Notes: generated from the sequence alone by a model not told the origin. DNA of 30,679 nucleotides from a virus (IMGVR_UViG_2802429237_000002:1-30679), one strand, 5' to 3'; counted from the first letter of the stretch, positions 6,490 to 16,547 are shown. Program-made: numbers and translations.

Positions 6490-7138
6490 ATGGAAGGTTT
6501 GCTATTTTTGCATCGACAACTACACCGATGATTTTGCAGTTCCCGTTGATCTCAATCATCGGATATTGTGGGTTAAGTGGTTTTAGAAACTTTCTGCCTG
6601 CATCAATAACTAACTTCTTGAAAGTTGCCTCGTTTTCTCCTTCGAGCTTTGCCACTACAAGCTTCCCGTTACGAGGTTCTACTTCAGGATCGACGAGTAT
6701 TATCATTCCTTCGGGGATGCTGAGACCGGCTGGAGCCGTCATCGAATCACCCTTTACGTCCAGCCAAAACGAATCTTCTGAACAATCTACGGTTGTATCG
6801 TACCAGTTATCTATTGCACGCTTATGATATGGCTCTACAGCTTCCATCCAACATCCTGCGCTTACCCAACTAATTAGAGGATACGAACCTCTTGGATCAT
6901 GCCTGCTGTGATAGGCAATGTTTGAAAGACTATCTTCTCCTTTCAACAAGTAATCAGGGGAGCACTGCAAAGCCTTGGCTAAGGCCAATAGGTTTTCGCC
7001 ATTGGGCTCAGTTTCAGAACGCTCCCATTGGGAAATAGCAACATTAGACACGCCAACCATCTTGCCAAGGGCAGCCTGCCTAATTTTGAGTTCTTTTCTG
7101 CGAGCGCGAATACGCTCACCCATCAGTTGTGTATTCAT
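6488..7138 (-). CDS. cI: Phage repressor, CI/C2 type (HTH plus LexA-like S24 autopeptidase domain)
   Basis: 216 aa; N-terminal HTH (QAALGKMVGVSNVAISQWERSE), Ser-Lys dyad context (GDSMTAP ... KL); matches P22 c2 repressor nearly residue-for-residue as recalled. Confidence 0.92.
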   Translation of the reverse strand: MNTQLMGERIRARRKELKIRQAALGKMVGVSNVAISQWERSETEPNGENLLALAKALQCSPDYLLKGEDSLSNIAYHSRHDPRGSYPLISWVSAGCWMEAVEPYHKRAIDNWYDTTVDCSEDSFWLDVKGDSMTAPAGLSIPEGMIILVDPEVEPRNGKLVVAKLEGENEATFKKLVIDAGRKFLKPLNPQYPMIEINGNCKIIGVVVDAKIANLP

Positions 7139-7204
7139 AGTTAAGACATCTTAAATAAACTTGACTTAAGATTCCTTTGATAGATAATTTAAGTGTTCTT
7201 TAAT
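7139..7204. promoter_or_regulatory. OR operators (OR3-OR2-OR1) with pR (and divergent pRM)
   Basis: 18-bp operators AGTTAAGACATCTTAAAT (7139-7156), ACTTAAGATTCCTTTGAT (7164-7181), ATTTAAGTGTTCTTTAAT (7187-7204); pR -35 TTGACT (7161-7166) and -10 GATAAT (7183-7188), 16-bp spacer. Confidence 0.7.
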
Positions 7205-7218
7205 TTCGGAGCGAGTCT

Positions 7219-7404
7219 ATGTACAAGAAAGATGTTATCGACCACTTCGGAACCCAGCGTGCGGTAGCTAAAGCGTTAGGCATTAGCGATGCAGCAGTCT
7301 CTCAGTGGAAGGAAGTCATCCCAGAGAAAGACGCCTATCGACTGGAAGTCGTTACAGCTGGCGCCCTGAAGTATCAAGAAAGTGCTTATCGCAAAGCGGC
7401 ATAA
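7219..7404 (+). CDS. cro: Cro repressor
   Basis: 61 aa, HTH (QRAVAKALGISDAAVSQW); matches P22 Cro as recalled; immediately downstream of pR. Confidence 0.9.
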   Translation: MYKKDVIDHFGTQRAVAKALGISDAAVSQWKEVIPEKDAYRLEVVTAGALKYQESAYRKAA

Positions 7405-7410
7405 GCAAAT

Positions 7411-7454
7411 TGCTCTTTAACAGTCATGGTCCTCATTCCCGCCGAAATGCGGGA
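7411..7454 (+). promoter_or_regulatory. nutR: boxA (TGCTCTTTAACAG) plus boxB hairpin identical to nutL
   Basis: boxA at 7411-7423, boxB UCCCGC-CGAAAU-GCGGGA at 7437-7454, between cro and the cII-like gene. Confidence 0.65.
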
Positions 7455-7512
7455 ATACAACGCGCATCAGTTGGTGCGTATAACTTCTTATTTGTTAAGG
7501 AAATACTTACAT

Positions 7513-7791
7513 ATGCAACTTACAAGTACTCGCAAGAAAGCGAATGCAATTACAAGCAACATCCTAAATCGAATTGCTGTACGTGGTCAGCGAAAGGTTG
7601 CCGACGCGTTAGGGATTAATGAATCGCAAATTTCGCGATGGAAAGACAGTTTTATCCCAAAGATGGCCATGCTTCTGGCTGTGCTGGAGTGGGGTGTTGA
7701 AGACGAGGAATTGGCGGAACTGGCAAAGAAAGTAGCCAAGGTGCTGACAAAAGAAAAGCCTCAAGACTGCTGCAACAGTTTTGAGGCCTGA
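7513..7791 (+). CDS. cII: CII-like transcriptional activator (P22 c1 equivalent)
   Basis: From the internal ATG at 7513 (MQLTSTRKKANAITSNILNRIAVRGQRKVADALGINESQISRWK...); aligns with lambda CII HTH (KSQISRWKRDWIPK...LLAVLEWGV) as recalled. Confidence 0.8.
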   Translation: MQLTSTRKKANAITSNILNRIAVRGQRKVADALGINESQISRWKDSFIPKMAMLLAVLEWGVEDEELAELAKKVAKVLTKEKPQDCCNSFEA

Positions 7792-7825
7792 TGTAGAAAG
7801 ACTGGATCAATCCACAGGAGTAATT

Positions 7826-7987
7826 ATGACAAAACGTCGTAAGAAATACCAGGAAAAAGAAGAGATTCGACACCCTGATTCACCTGAGGGATTAGTGGTT
7901 GCCGCAGCAAATAACAGGGCGTTCGCAGAGCGCCTTGTTGGTGTTTACAGACTAGCCAAAGCAGGAGTGAAACATGGGCGTCGTTAA
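7826..7987 (+). CDS. Hypothetical small basic protein (53 aa)
   Basis: ATG at 7826 preceded by AGGAG RBS; overlaps the start of the replication gene by 14 nt. Confidence 0.4.
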   Translation: MTKRRKKYQEKEEIRHPDSPEGLVVAAANNRAFAERLVGVYRLAKAGVKHGRR

Positions 7988-8795
7988 GTTAGCTGATTAC
8001 AGGCCTCAACTGGAGATCGTGGAGCATCGCGTGGCAGATACCGAAGATGGTTTCATGCGCGTTGCTAACGAGATTACCGACAGTCTGCTGATGGCTGATT
8101 TAACCGTCCGGCAGTTGAAGGTGATGCTCGCTATCATGCGCAAGACATACGGATTCAATAAGCCGATGGATCGACTCACAAACACGCAGATAGCAGCCAT
8201 GACAGGTATTCATCACACTCATGTTTGCGCTGCCAAGCGCCAGCTTATTGAGCGTAAATTCCTCATTGCTGATGGCGTGAAAATCGGAGTGAACAAGGTG
8301 GTTTCTCAGTGGATTAGCCAGGACAGCTTAACATTAGCTAAAACAGCTAATAAAACATTAGCCAAGTCGGCTAATGGGTATAAGCCAAGTCAGCTAAACA
8401 CAAAAGACAATATACAAAAGACAATAAATACAAATACCCCCTTACCCCCTAACGGGGGCGGCGATGGGCAGGTTAAACCTGAACGTCGCAAGGCAGAACG
8501 AATCGACTACGAATCCTTCCTGAACGCCTACAACACCGAAGTCGGTGACAGACTGCCGCACGCTGTTGCGGTCAACGAGAAACGCAAACGCCGCCTGAAG
8601 AAAATCATCCCGCAACTGAAAACGCCAAACGTAGACGGTTTCAGAGCGTATGTCAGGGCGTTTGTGCATCAGGCCAAGCCGTTTTACTTCGGAGACAACG
8701 ACACGGGCTGGACGGCCGATTTTGATTACCTGCTGAGGGAAGACTCGTTAACGGGAGTTCGGGAAGGGAAGTTTGCAGACAGGGGGATTGCATGA
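7974..8795 (+). CDS. Replication initiation protein (lambda O / P22 gp18-like)
   Basis: AGGAG RBS; N-terminal DNA-binding region, iteron-containing linker, C-terminal domain; stop overlaps the helicase start (ATGA). Confidence 0.8.
   Translation: MGVVKLADYRPQLEIVEHRVADTEDGFMRVANEITDSLLMADLTVRQLKVMLAIMRKTYGFNKPMDRLTNTQIAAMTGIHHTHVCAAKRQLIERKFLIADGVKIGVNKVVSQWISQDSLTLAKTANKTLAKSANGYKPSQLNTKDNIQKTINTNTPLPPNGGGDGQVKPERRKAERIDYESFLNAYNTEVGDRLPHAVAVNEKRKRRLKKIIPQLKTPNVDGFRAYVRAFVHQAKPFYFGDNDTGWTADFDYLLREDSLTGVREGKFADRGIA
8313..8440. repeat. Putative origin of replication: iterons followed by an AT-rich tract, inside the initiator gene
   Basis: Reiterated TTAGCYAA / CAGCTAA-type motifs from about 8313 to 8399, then an AT-rich segment with ACAAAAGACAATA twice (8400-8437). 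Confidence 0.45.
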
Positions 8796-10168
8796 GACAG
8801 GATATCGAAGCGAGCGTTATCGGTGGCCTGCTGATTGGTGGATTAACACCAACCGCCAGCGACGTTCTGGCAACGCTGGAGCCGGAAGCGTTTTCAATTC
8901 CGCTCTACCGGAAAGCCTTCGAGGTTATCCGTAAGCAGGCGCGAAACAGAAACTTAATCGACGCGCTGATGGTTGCCGAGGAGTGCGGAGAGGAGCATTT
9001 CACGTCAATCCTGATGACCAGCAAAAACTGCCCGAGTGCCGCAAACCTGAAGGGATATGCCGGAATGGTCGCGGATAACTATCACCGCCGTCTGGTGCTG
9101 GAAATCATGGATGAAATGCGTGAACCAATTCAGAGCGGAACCATCGACGCATCGAGTCAGGCGATGGATGAGCTTGTAAAGCGTCTCTCAGCCATCAGAA
9201 AGCCCCGTGACGAGGTTAAACCGGTACGGTTAGGGGAAATCATCACTGACTACACTGACACGCTTGACAGGCGTCTGAGGAACGGAGAAGAGTCAGATAC
9301 CCTGAAGACCGGAATCGAAGAACTTGATGCCATCACCGGAGGGATGAACGCAGAAGACCTTGTGATAATCGCTGCTCGTCCTGGTATGGGGAAAACCGAA
9401 CTGGCGCTGAAGATTGCCGAAGGCGTTGCAAGCCGCGTTATTCCTGGTTCTGACGTCCGGCGCGGAGTGTTGATTTTCTCGATGGAAATGAGCGCATTGC
9501 AGATTGCAGAGCGAAGCATTGCCAACGCCGGGAGGATGTCGGTTAGCGTGCTGCGAAATCCTGCTTCGATGGATGACGAAGGCTGGGCGCGCGTTGCTAA
9601 TGGCATGAGTCAGCTTGCAGATTTGGATGTATGGGTAGTCGATGCCTCGCGGTTATCGGTCGAAGAAATACGCTCAATCGCAGAACGGCACAAACAGGAA
9701 AATCCAAACCTGTCACTCATCATGGTGGATTATCTTGGCCTGATTGAGAAGCCGAAAGCAGATCGCAACGACCTTGCAATTGCTCACATCTCCGGAGGCC
9801 TGAAGGCGATGGCGAAAGACCTGAAAACGCCTGTTATCTCCCTGAGCCAGCTTTCGCGCGATGTTGAGAAGCGACCAAACAAACGCCCGACAAACGCAGA
9901 TTTGCGTGATTCAGGAAGCATTGAACAGGACGCAGACTCAATCATCATGCTCTATCGGGAAGCGGTATATGACGAGAACAGTAGCGCCGCGCCATTTGCT
10001 GAAATCATCGTGACGAAAAACCGTTTTGGCTCGCTTGGTACGGTTTACCAGCGGTTCTGTAACGGACACTTTGTTGCATGTGACCAGGATGAAGCCAGAC
10101 AGATTTGCACAGCATCAAATGCACCTGCTGCGCGTGGCAGACGATATGCACAAGGGGCTGACGTATGA
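8792..10168 (+). CDS. Replicative DNA helicase (DnaB family; P22 gp12-like)
   Basis: 458 aa; Walker A GMGKTE, RecA-like C-terminal domain; translationally coupled to the initiator gene. Confidence 0.92.
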   Translation: MRQDIEASVIGGLLIGGLTPTASDVLATLEPEAFSIPLYRKAFEVIRKQARNRNLIDALMVAEECGEEHFTSILMTSKNCPSAANLKGYAGMVADNYHRRLVLEIMDEMREPIQSGTIDASSQAMDELVKRLSAIRKPRDEVKPVRLGEIITDYTDTLDRRLRNGEESDTLKTGIEELDAITGGMNAEDLVIIAARPGMGKTELALKIAEGVASRVIPGSDVRRGVLIFSMEMSALQIAERSIANAGRMSVSVLRNPASMDDEGWARVANGMSQLADLDVWVVDASRLSVEEIRSIAERHKQENPNLSLIMVDYLGLIEKPKADRNDLAIAHISGGLKAMAKDLKTPVISLSQLSRDVEKRPNKRPTNADLRDSGSIEQDADSIIMLYREAVYDENSSAAPFAEIIVTKNRFGSLGTVYQRFCNGHFVACDQDEARQICTASNAPAARGRRYAQGADV

Positions 10169-10193
10169 CCATCTACATCACTGAGCTAATAAC

Positions 10194-10221
10194 AGGCCTG
10201 CTGGTAATCGCAGGCCTTTTT
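10194..10221 (+). terminator. Rho-independent terminator after the helicase gene (tR2-like)
   Basis: Perfect 8-bp stem AGGCCTGC/GCAGGCCT (10194-10201 and 10210-10217) with an 8-nt loop, followed by TTTTTATTT. Confidence 0.6.
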
Positions 10222-10240
10222 ATTTGGGGGAGAGGGAAGT

Positions 10241-10567
10241 GTGGCTGACTGGCAAATACCAATCATCATTCTTGCCGGAGCTTCGCTGGTTGCTGGCTTT
10301 ATCCTGCTGAAAAAGCATAAAGACCGTGATCAAAAAGTCGAAATTCTCTATGGGTATCCAGCGAACAGCACAACATGGCTGACCATTTACCACTACCGAA
10401 AATCAGGCCGCTGGGTATTTGAATGGGATGATCTGTTCGCTGAAAAGCGACCAAAGTCATGGGGAGACATCAGCGAATGCATGATGTTTGAAGAAAGAAA
10501 ATCCGGCGCAACCAGAGATGAGTTTAACGAAGCGTGGAGGAGATTAAGTGAGAGAGGGTATCAATGA
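10241..10567 (+). CDS. Hypothetical membrane-anchored protein (108 aa, GTG start)
   Basis: N-terminal hydrophobic segment IPIIILAGASLVAGFILL; GTG start with a purine-rich stretch upstream; no family recognised. Confidence 0.45.
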   Translation: MADWQIPIIILAGASLVAGFILLKKHKDRDQKVEILYGYPANSTTWLTIYHYRKSGRWVFEWDDLFAEKRPKSWGDISECMMFEERKSGATRDEFNEAWRRLSERGYQ

Positions 10568-10800
10568 GCAGAATTAAATCTGGTTATCCAGGGAATGGGG
10601 AATACCCGAAGCCATATTTACCTGTAACAGTGACCACTCAATCTAAGCATCCACATCATTTCAAGCAAAGTGGTACAGCTTATTGGAGTGGCAAGCGGTG
10701 GATAGGTATTGATGGGTTCAAAATTGGGTATGCAAAGGTAATTAAATGGGAATTTAACATCGCACACTGGAGTTCATCCCATGAGGAAACTAACGTTTGA
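10564..10800 (+). CDS. Hypothetical protein (78 aa)
   Basis: Start overlaps the upstream stop (ATGA); no family recognised. Confidence 0.4.
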   Translation: MSRIKSGYPGNGEYPKPYLPVTVTTQSKHPHHFKQSGTAYWSGKRWIGIDGFKIGYAKVIKWEFNIAHWSSSHEETNV

Positions 10801-11221
10801 ACTAAGAAGCCCCATCCATCAGCAGAACGCCATTCAAGCCATCCAGCAAATCCTTCCAGACCCAACCAAACCAATCGTAGTAACCATTCAGGAGCGCAAC
10901 CGCAGCTTAGACCAGAATCGAAAGCTTTGGGCTTGCCTTGGTGACGTTTCTCGTCAGGTTGAATGGCATGGTCGCTGGCTGGATGCAGAAAGCTGGAAGT
11001 GTGTGTTTACCGCAGCCTTAAAGCAGCAGGACGTTGTTCCTAACCTTGCCGGGAATGGCTTTGTGGTAATAGGCCAGTCAACCAGCAGAATGCGGGTAGG
11101 CGAATTTGCGGAGCTATTAGAGCTTATACAGGCATTCGGTACAGAACGTGGCGTTAAGTGGTCAGACGAAGCGCGACTGGCTCTGGAGTGGAAAGCAAGA
11201 TGGGGAGACAGGGCTGCATGA
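10781..11221 (+). CDS. ninB: NinB recombination protein (Orf family)
   Basis: 146 aa; near-identical to lambda NinB as recalled (MKKLTFEIRSP..., QERNRSLDQNRKLWACLGD). Confidence 0.85.
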   Translation: MRKLTFELRSPIHQQNAIQAIQQILPDPTKPIVVTIQERNRSLDQNRKLWACLGDVSRQVEWHGRWLDAESWKCVFTAALKQQDVVPNLAGNGFVVIGQSTSRMRVGEFAELLELIQAFGTERGVKWSDEARLALEWKARWGDRAA

Positions 11222-12090
11222 TAAATGTCGTTAGTTTCTCCGGTGGCAGGACGTCAGCATATTTGCTCTGGCTAATGGAGCAAAAGCGACAGGCAGGTGA
11301 AGACGTGCATTACGTTTTCATGGATACAGGTTGTGAACATCCAATGACATATCGGTTTGTCAGGGAAGTTGTGAAGTTCTGGGATATACCGCTCACCGTA
11401 TTGCAGGTTGATATCAATCCAGAGCCTGGACAGCCAAATGGTTATACGGTATGGGAACCAAAGGATATTCAGACGAAAATGCCTGTTCTGAAGCCATTTA
11501 TCGATATGGTAAAGAAATATGGCACTCCATACGTCGGCGGCGCGTTCTGCACTGACAGATTAAAACTCGTTCCCTTCACCAAATACTGTGATGACCATTT
11601 CGGGCGAGGGAATTACACCACGTGGATTGGAATCAGAGCTGATGAACCGAAGCGGCTAAAGCCAAAGCCTGGAATCAGATATCTTGCTGAACTGTCAGAC
11701 TTTGAGAAGGAAGATATCCTCGCATGGTGGAAGCAACAACCATTCGATTTGCAAATACCGGAACATCTCGGTAACTGCATATTCTGCATTAAAAAATCAA
11801 CGCAAAAAATCGGACTTGCCTGCAAAGATGAGGAGGGATTGCAGCGTGTTTTTAATGAGGTCATCACGGGATCGCATGTGCGTGACGGACATCGGGAAAC
11901 ACCAAAGGAGATTATGTACCGAGGAAGAATGTCGCTGGATGGTATCGCGAAAATGTATTCAGAAAATGATTATCAAGCCCTGTATCAGGACATGGTACGA
12001 GCTAAAAGATTCGATACCGGCTCTTGTTCTGAGTCATGCGAAATATTTGGAGGGCAGCTTTATTTCGACTTCGGGAGGGAAGCTGCATGA
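11218..12090 (+). CDS. ninC: NinC (PAPS-reductase-like fold, lambda orf290 equivalent)
   Basis: 290 aa from the ATG at 11218 ([17 protein letters not shown]...; SGGxxS P-loop-like motif); ATGA coupling with ninB. Confidence 0.75.
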   Translation: MINVVSFSGGRTSAYLLWLMEQKRQAGEDVHYVFMDTGCEHPMTYRFVREVVKFWDIPLTVLQVDINPEPGQPNGYTVWEPKDIQTKMPVLKPFIDMVKKYGTPYVGGAFCTDRLKLVPFTKYCDDHFGRGNYTTWIGIRADEPKRLKPKPGIRYLAELSDFEKEDILAWWKQQPFDLQIPEHLGNCIFCIKKSTQKIGLACKDEEGLQRVFNEVITGSHVRDGHRETPKEIMYRGRMSLDGIAKMYSENDYQALYQDMVRAKRFDTGSCSESCEIFGGQLYFDFGREAA

Positions 12091-12260
12091 TGCGATGTTA
12101 TCGGTGCGGTGAATGCAAAGAAGATAACCGCTTCCGACCAAATCAACCTTACTGGAATCGATGGTGTCTCCGGTGTGAAAGAACACCAACAGGGGTGTTA
12201 CCACTACCGCAGGAAAAGGAGGACGTGTGGCGAGACAGCGACGAAGTATCACCGACATAA
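12087..12260 (+). CDS. ninD: NinD (small Cys-rich protein)
   Basis: 57 aa from [31 protein letters not shown]; ATGA coupling with ninC. Confidence 0.65.
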   Translation: MMRCYRCGECKEDNRFRPNQPYWNRWCLRCERTPTGVLPLPQEKEDVWRDSDEVSPT

Positions 12261-12403
12261 TCTGCGAAAACTGCAAATACCTTCCAACGAAACGCTCCAG
12301 AAATAAACGCAAGCCAATCCCAAAAGAATCTGACGTAAAAACCTTCAATTACACGGCTCACCTGTGGGATATCCGGTGGCTTAGAGAACGCGCGAGGAAA
12401 TGA
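12227..12403 (+). CDS. ninE: NinE-like small basic protein (58 aa, GTG start)
   Basis: Hand-translated (V/M)[57 protein letters not shown]; AAGGAGG RBS 4 nt upstream of the GTG; not in track. Confidence 0.5.
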   Translation: MARQRRSITDIICENCKYLPTKRSRNKRKPIPKESDVKTFNYTAHLWDIRWLRERARK

Positions 12404-12765
12404 CAATGGATTATTCACAGTTAAGTGATTTTGAAATTAACGTGGCGGTATTCGAATCCATTCATAACGGATCACCGGATTACAAAGAAGGTGAGAATGG
12501 CGATATGGTGTTTGTCTCATTTGAGGGAGACATTGTAAACGGAGACGCAGTTGAAGTAGAAGTTGAGCGCGGATCATTTAACCCATGCGTAAACCCAGCA
12601 GACGCATGGCCGATTATTGAAAAATACAGGATTAGCATTATCAATCTCGATGAAGACGAGTGGGGTGCACGCGGTGTGGCCTACTGTAAATCTAAGCGAG
12701 CTATACATGAAAATCCCCTCCGCGCCGCCATGATTGTCTTTCTCATGATGCAGAGAATCCAATAA
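12400..12765 (+). CDS. ninX: NinX-like protein
   Basis: 121 aa, ATGA coupling to ninE; position between ninE and ninF as in P22-type nin regions; assignment positional. Confidence 0.45.
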   Translation: MTMDYSQLSDFEINVAVFESIHNGSPDYKEGENGDMVFVSFEGDIVNGDAVEVEVERGSFNPCVNPADAWPIIEKYRISIINLDEDEWGARGVAYCKSKRAIHENPLRAAMIVFLMMQRIQ

Positions 12766-12941
12766 TGCTTAGCCCATCCCAATCCCTTCAATACCAGAAA
12801 GAAAGCGTCGAGCGGGCTTTAACGTGCGCTAACTGCGGTCAGAAGCTGCATGTGCTTGAAGTTCACGTGTGTGAGCACTGCTGCGCAGAACTGATGAGCG
12901 ATCCGAATAGCTCAATGTACGAGGAAGAAGACGATGGCTAA
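12765..12941 (+). CDS. ninF: NinF-like small protein (58 aa)
   Basis: Hand-translated [58 protein letters not shown]; TAATG coupling to ninX; not in track. Confidence 0.5.
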   Translation: MLSPSQSLQYQKESVERALTCANCGQKLHVLEVHVCEHCCAELMSDPNSSMYEEEDDG

Positions 12942-13545
12942 ACCAGCGCGAAGACGATGTAAAAACGATGAATGTCGGAAATGGTTTCACCCTGCATTCG
13001 CTAATCAGTGGTGGTGCTCTCCAGAGTGTGGAACAAAGATAGCACTCGAACGACGAAGCAAAGAACGCGAAAAAGCGGAAAAAGCAGCAGAGAAGAAACG
13101 ACGACGAGAGGAGCAGAAACAGAAAGATAAACTTAAGATTCGAAAACTCGCCTTAAAGCCCCGCAGTTACTGGATTAAACAAGCCCAACAAGCCGTAAAC
13201 GCCTTCATCAGAGAAAGAGACCGCGACTTACCATGTATCTCGTGCGGAACGCTCACGTCTGCTCAGTGGGATGCCGGACATTACCGGACAACTGCTGCGG
13301 CACCTCAACTCCGATTTGATGAACGCAATATTCACAAGCAATGCGTGGTGTGCAACCAGCACAAAAGCGGAAATCTCGTTCCGTATCGCGTCGAACTGAT
13401 TAATCGCATCGGGCAGGAAGCAGTAGACGAAATCGAATCAAACCATAACCGCCATCGCTGGACTGTCGAAGAGTGCAGGGCCATCAAGGCGGAGTATCAG
13501 CAGAAACTTAAAAATCTGCGAAACAGCAGAAGTGAGGCAGCATGA
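12934..13545 (+). CDS. ninG: NinG (Rap, recombination-associated structure-specific nuclease)
   Basis: 203 aa; Cys-rich N-terminus plus H-N-H-like C-terminal region (CNQHKSGN); matches lambda NinG as recalled. Confidence 0.8.
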   Translation: MAKPARRRCKNDECRKWFHPAFANQWWCSPECGTKIALERRSKEREKAEKAAEKKRRREEQKQKDKLKIRKLALKPRSYWIKQAQQAVNAFIRERDRDLPCISCGTLTSAQWDAGHYRTTAAAPQLRFDERNIHKQCVVCNQHKSGNLVPYRVELINRIGQEAVDEIESNHNRHRWTVEECRAIKAEYQQKLKNLRNSRSEAA

Positions 13546-14207
13546 ATATCTACGAAAGAATTGATGGCAGCAAATACCGAAATATTTGGGTAGCTGGCGA
13601 CCTGCACGGATGCTACACGAACCTGATGAACAAACTGGATACGATTGGATTCGACACCAAAAAAGACCTGCTTATCTCGGTTGGCGATTTGGTTGATCGT
13701 GGTGCAGAGAACGTTGAATGCCTGGAATTAATCACATTCCCCTGGTTCAGAGCTGTACGTGGAAACCATGAGCACATGATGATTGATGGCTTATCAGAGC
13801 GTGGAAACGTCAATCACTGGCTGCTTAATGGCGGTGGCTGGTTCTTTAATCTCGATTATGACAAAGAAATTCTGGCTAAAGCTCTTGCCCATAAAGCAGA
13901 TGAACTTCCGTTAATCATCGAACTGGTGAGCAAAGATAAAAAATATGTCATCTGCCACGCCGATTATCCTTGTGACGAATACGAGTTTGGAAAGCCAGTT
14001 GATCATCAGCAGGTAATCTGGAACCGCGAACGAATCAGCAACTCACAAGACGGGATCGTGAAAGAAATCAAAGGCGCGGACACGTTCATCTTTGGTCATA
14101 CGCCAGCAGTGAAACCACTCAAGTTTGCCAACCAGATGTATATCGATACCGGCGCAGTGTTCTGCGGAAACCTCACATTGATTCAGGTACAGGGAGAAGG
14201 CGCATGA
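13542..14207 (+). CDS. ninI: Ser/Thr protein phosphatase (lambda PPase / NinI, calcineurin-like metallophosphoesterase)
   Basis: 221 aa; GDLHG, GDLVDRG and GNHE motifs. Confidence 0.9.
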   Translation: MNIYERIDGSKYRNIWVAGDLHGCYTNLMNKLDTIGFDTKKDLLISVGDLVDRGAENVECLELITFPWFRAVRGNHEHMMIDGLSERGNVNHWLLNGGGWFFNLDYDKEILAKALAHKADELPLIIELVSKDKKYVICHADYPCDEYEFGKPVDHQQVIWNRERISNSQDGIVKEIKGADTFIFGHTPAVKPLKFANQMYIDTGAVFCGNLTLIQVQGEGA

Positions 14208-14827
14208 GACTCGAAAGCGTAGCTAAATTTCATTCGCCAAAAAGCCCGATGATGAGCGACTCACCACGGGCCACGACTTCTGACTCTCTTTCCGGTACTG
14301 ATGTGATGGCTGCTATGGGGATGGCGCAATCACAAGCCGGATTCGGAATGGCTGTATTCTGTGGTAAGCACGAACTCAGCCAGAATGACAAACAAAAGGC
14401 TATCAACTATCTGATGCAATTTGCACACAAGGTATCGGGGAAATACCGTGGCGTTGCAAAGCTTGAAGGAAATACTAAGGCAAAGGTACTGCAAGTGCTC
14501 GCAACATTCGCTTATGCGGATTATTGCCGTAGTGCCGCGACGCCGGGCGCAAGATGCAGAGATTGCCACGGTACAGGTCGGGCAGTTGATATAGCAAAAA
14601 CAGAGCAGTGGGGGAGAGTTGTTGAGAAAGAGTGCGGAAGATGCAAAGGCGTCGGCTATTCAAGGATGCCAGCAAGTGCCGCATATCGCGCTGTAACGAT
14701 GCTAATCCCAAACCTTACCCAACCCACCTGGTCACGCACTGTTAAGCCGCTGTATGACGCTCTGGTGGTGCAATGCCACAAGGAAGAGTCAATTGCAGAC
14801 AATATTTTGAATGCAGTCACACGTTAG
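14204..14827 (+). CDS. Q: Late-gene antiterminator Q
   Basis: 207 aa; near-identical to lambda Q as recalled ([20 protein letters not shown]...; CRDCHGTGR...CGRCKG zinc motif). Confidence 0.92.
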   Translation: MRLESVAKFHSPKSPMMSDSPRATTSDSLSGTDVMAAMGMAQSQAGFGMAVFCGKHELSQNDKQKAINYLMQFAHKVSGKYRGVAKLEGNTKAKVLQVLATFAYADYCRSAATPGARCRDCHGTGRAVDIAKTEQWGRVVEKECGRCKGVGYSRMPASAAYRAVTMLIPNLTQPTWSRTVKPLYDALVVQCHKEESIADNILNAVTR

Positions 14828-14869
14828 CAGCATGATTGCCACGGATGGCAACATATTGACGGCATGATA

Positions 14870-14905
14870 TTGACTTTTTGAATAAAGTTGGGTAAATTTG
14901 ACTCA
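14870..14905 (+). promoter_or_regulatory. Late promoter pR' with overlapping qut site
   Basis: -35 TTGACT (14870-14875), 17-bp spacer, -10 TAAATT (14893-14898); surrounding sequence matches lambda pR'/qut as recalled. Confidence 0.75.
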
Positions 14906-15097
14906 ACGATGGGTTAATTCGCTCGTTGTGGTAGTGAGATGAAAAGAGGCGGCGCTTACTACCGATTCCGCCTAGTTGGTCACTTCGACGTATCGTCTGG
15001 AACTCCAACCATCGCAGGCTGAGAGGTCTGTAAAATGCAATCCCGAAACAGTTCGCAGGTAATAGTTAGAGCCTGCATAACGGTTTCGGGATTTTTT
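14905..15097 (+). ncRNA. Short pR'-to-tR' leader transcript (lambda 6S RNA equivalent, about 190 nt)
   Basis: Defined by the pR' start and the tR' terminator; no ORF; in lambda this is the terminated late leader that Q extends. Confidence 0.55.
15041..15097 (+). terminator. tR' intrinsic terminator
   Basis: UCCCGAAAC (15041-15049) pairs with GUUUCGGGA (15083-15091) around an internal GCAGG/CCUGC sub-hairpin, followed by TTTTTT (15092-15097). Confidence 0.75.
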
Positions 15098-15369
15098 ATA
15101 TCTGTGCAACAGGTAAGAGCATTCTCCTTTATGGGGCTTGGTTTAAATGCATTGAGTGCTCTTTCCGTTGTGCTGAATTAAGCGAATGCCGGAAGCAGAA
15201 CCGGATCACCAAATGCGTACAGGCGTCATCGCCGCCCAGTAACAGCACAACCCAAACTGAGCCGTAGCCACTGGCTATCCTGAACTCATCAGTGATAGTT
15301 ACGCTGCGGTCTTCTTTCCCCCTTCCCAATATAAGAACTACGCAATCCGTTACTTGCGGAGGCGTTGCT

Positions 15370-15585
15370 ATGAAATCAATGGACAAAATCTCAACTGGCA
15401 TTGCCTACGGAACATCCGCTGGTAGTGCGGGATACTGGTTTTTGCAGTGGTTGGATCAGGTCAGTCCATCACAGTGGGCTGCGATTGGAGTGCTTGGAAG
15501 CCTTGTGTTGGGCTTTCTCACCTATCTGACAAATCTGTATTTCAAAATCAGAGAAGACAGACGAAAGGCTGCGAGAGGTGAATAA
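15370..15585 (+). CDS. S: Class II holin (phage 21 S21-type pinholin) with dual-start motif
   Basis: [28 protein letters not shown]... with two transmembrane segments; the two Met codons three codons apart give the S21-71/S21-68 arrangement; TAATG coupling to the endolysin. Confidence 0.8.
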   Translation: MKSMDKISTGIAYGTSAGSAGYWFLQWLDQVSPSQWAAIGVLGSLVLGFLTYLTNLYFKIREDRRKAARGE

Positions 15586-16082
15586 TGCCTCCATCATTAC
15601 GAAAAGCCGTTGCTGCTGCTATTGGTGGCGGGGCTATTGCCATAGCATCTGTGTTAATCACTGGCCCAAGTGGTAACGATGGTCTGGAAGGTGTGAGACA
15701 TAATCCTTACAAAGACATAGTTGGTGTATGGACTGTATGTTACGGACATACAGGAAAAGACATCATTCCCGGTAAAACGTATACCGAAGCAGAATGCAAA
15801 GCCCTCCTGAATAAAGACCTTGCCACGGTCGCCAGACAAATTAACCCGTACATCAAAGTCGATATACCGGAAACAACGCGCGGCGCTCTTTACTCGTTCG
15901 TTTACAACGTGGGTGCAGGCAATTTCAGAACATCGACGCTTCTTCGCAAAATAAACCAGGGCGATATCAAAGGCGCATGTGACCAGCTACGTCGCTGGAC
16001 ATACGCTGGCGGTAAGCAATGGAAAGGGCTGATGACCCGTCGTGATATTGAGCGTGAAGTCTGTTTGTGGGGGCAGCAATGA
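15585..16082 (+). CDS. R: SAR endolysin (signal-anchor-release lysozyme, T4 E family)
   Basis: N-terminal Gly/Ala-rich weak TM ([23 protein letters not shown]) followed by a lysozyme domain with the E-x8-D-x5-T catalytic triad (E34, D43, T49). Confidence 0.85.
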   Translation: MPPSLRKAVAAAIGGGAIAIASVLITGPSGNDGLEGVRHNPYKDIVGVWTVCYGHTGKDIIPGKTYTEAECKALLNKDLATVARQINPYIKVDIPETTRGALYSFVYNVGAGNFRTSTLLRKINQGDIKGACDQLRRWTYAGGKQWKGLMTRRDIEREVCLWGQQ

Positions 16083-16516
16083 GCAGGTTAACCGCGATTA
16101 TTTCCGCTCTGATTATCTGCATCATCGTCTGCCTGTCATGGGCTGTTAATCATTACCGTGATAACGCCATCGCCTACAAAGAGCAGCGCGATAAGGCCGC
16201 ATCCATCATCGCTGACATGCAGAAGCGTCAACGTGATGTAGCAGAACTCGACGCCAGATACACAAAGGAGCTTGCTGATGCTAACGCGACTATCGAAAGT
16301 CTCCGTGCTGATGTTTCTGCTGGTCGTAAGCGCCTGCAAGTCGCCGCCACCTGTGCAAAGTCAACGACCGGAGCCAGCAGCATGGGCGATGGAGAAAGCC
16401 CAAGACTTACAGCAGATGCTGAACTCAATTATTACCGTTTCAGAAGTGGAATCGACAGGATAACCGCGCAGGTTAACTACCTGCAGGAGTACATCAGGAC
16501 GCAATGCCTGAAATAA
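16079..16516 (+). CDS. Rz: Rz-like inner-membrane spanin
   Basis: N-terminal TM ([16 protein letters not shown]) followed by a coiled-coil-like periplasmic region; ATGA coupling with R. Confidence 0.75.
   Translation: MSRLTAIISALIICIIVCLSWAVNHYRDNAIAYKEQRDKAASIIADMQKRQRDVAELDARYTKELADANATIESLRADVSAGRKRLQVAATCAKSTTGASSMGDGESPRLTADAELNYYRFRSGIDRITAQVNYLQEYIRTQCLK
16272..16463 (+). CDS. Rz1: Rz1-like outer-membrane lipoprotein spanin, embedded in the +1 frame of Rz
   Basis: Signal peptide with lipobox-like VSAC followed by a Pro-rich mature region ([16 protein letters not shown]); entirely within Rz. Confidence 0.6.
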   Translation: MLMLTRLSKVSVLMFLLVVSACKSPPPVQSQRPEPAAWAMEKAQDLQQMLNSIITVSEVESTG

Positions 16517-16547
16517 TTTTTTTGCAAATCACAAAGTCAATTTAATG

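Noticed and set aside
6180-6827. Plus-strand ORFs 6180..6371 and 6429..6827
   Set aside because: They lie across the nutL/OL/pL regulatory region and antisense to the repressor gene; operator and nut-site structure explains the sequence better.
7305-7619. 104-aa plus-strand ORF spanning the cro end, nutR and the cII-like start
   Set aside because: Out of frame with cro and cII and runs through the boxA/boxB elements; no RBS.
10165-10248. 27-codon hydrophobic ORF ([27 protein letters not shown]) whose ATG overlaps the helicase stop
   Set aside because: It coincides almost exactly with the perfect terminator hairpin and T-run at 10194-10221; more likely an RNA structure than a coding sequence.
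12109-12306. 65-aa plus-strand ORF overlapping ninD and ninE in a third frame
   Set aside because: The ninD (12087..12260) and ninE (12227..12403) frames both give recognisable nin-type proteins with coupled starts; this frame has no RBS or recognisable product.
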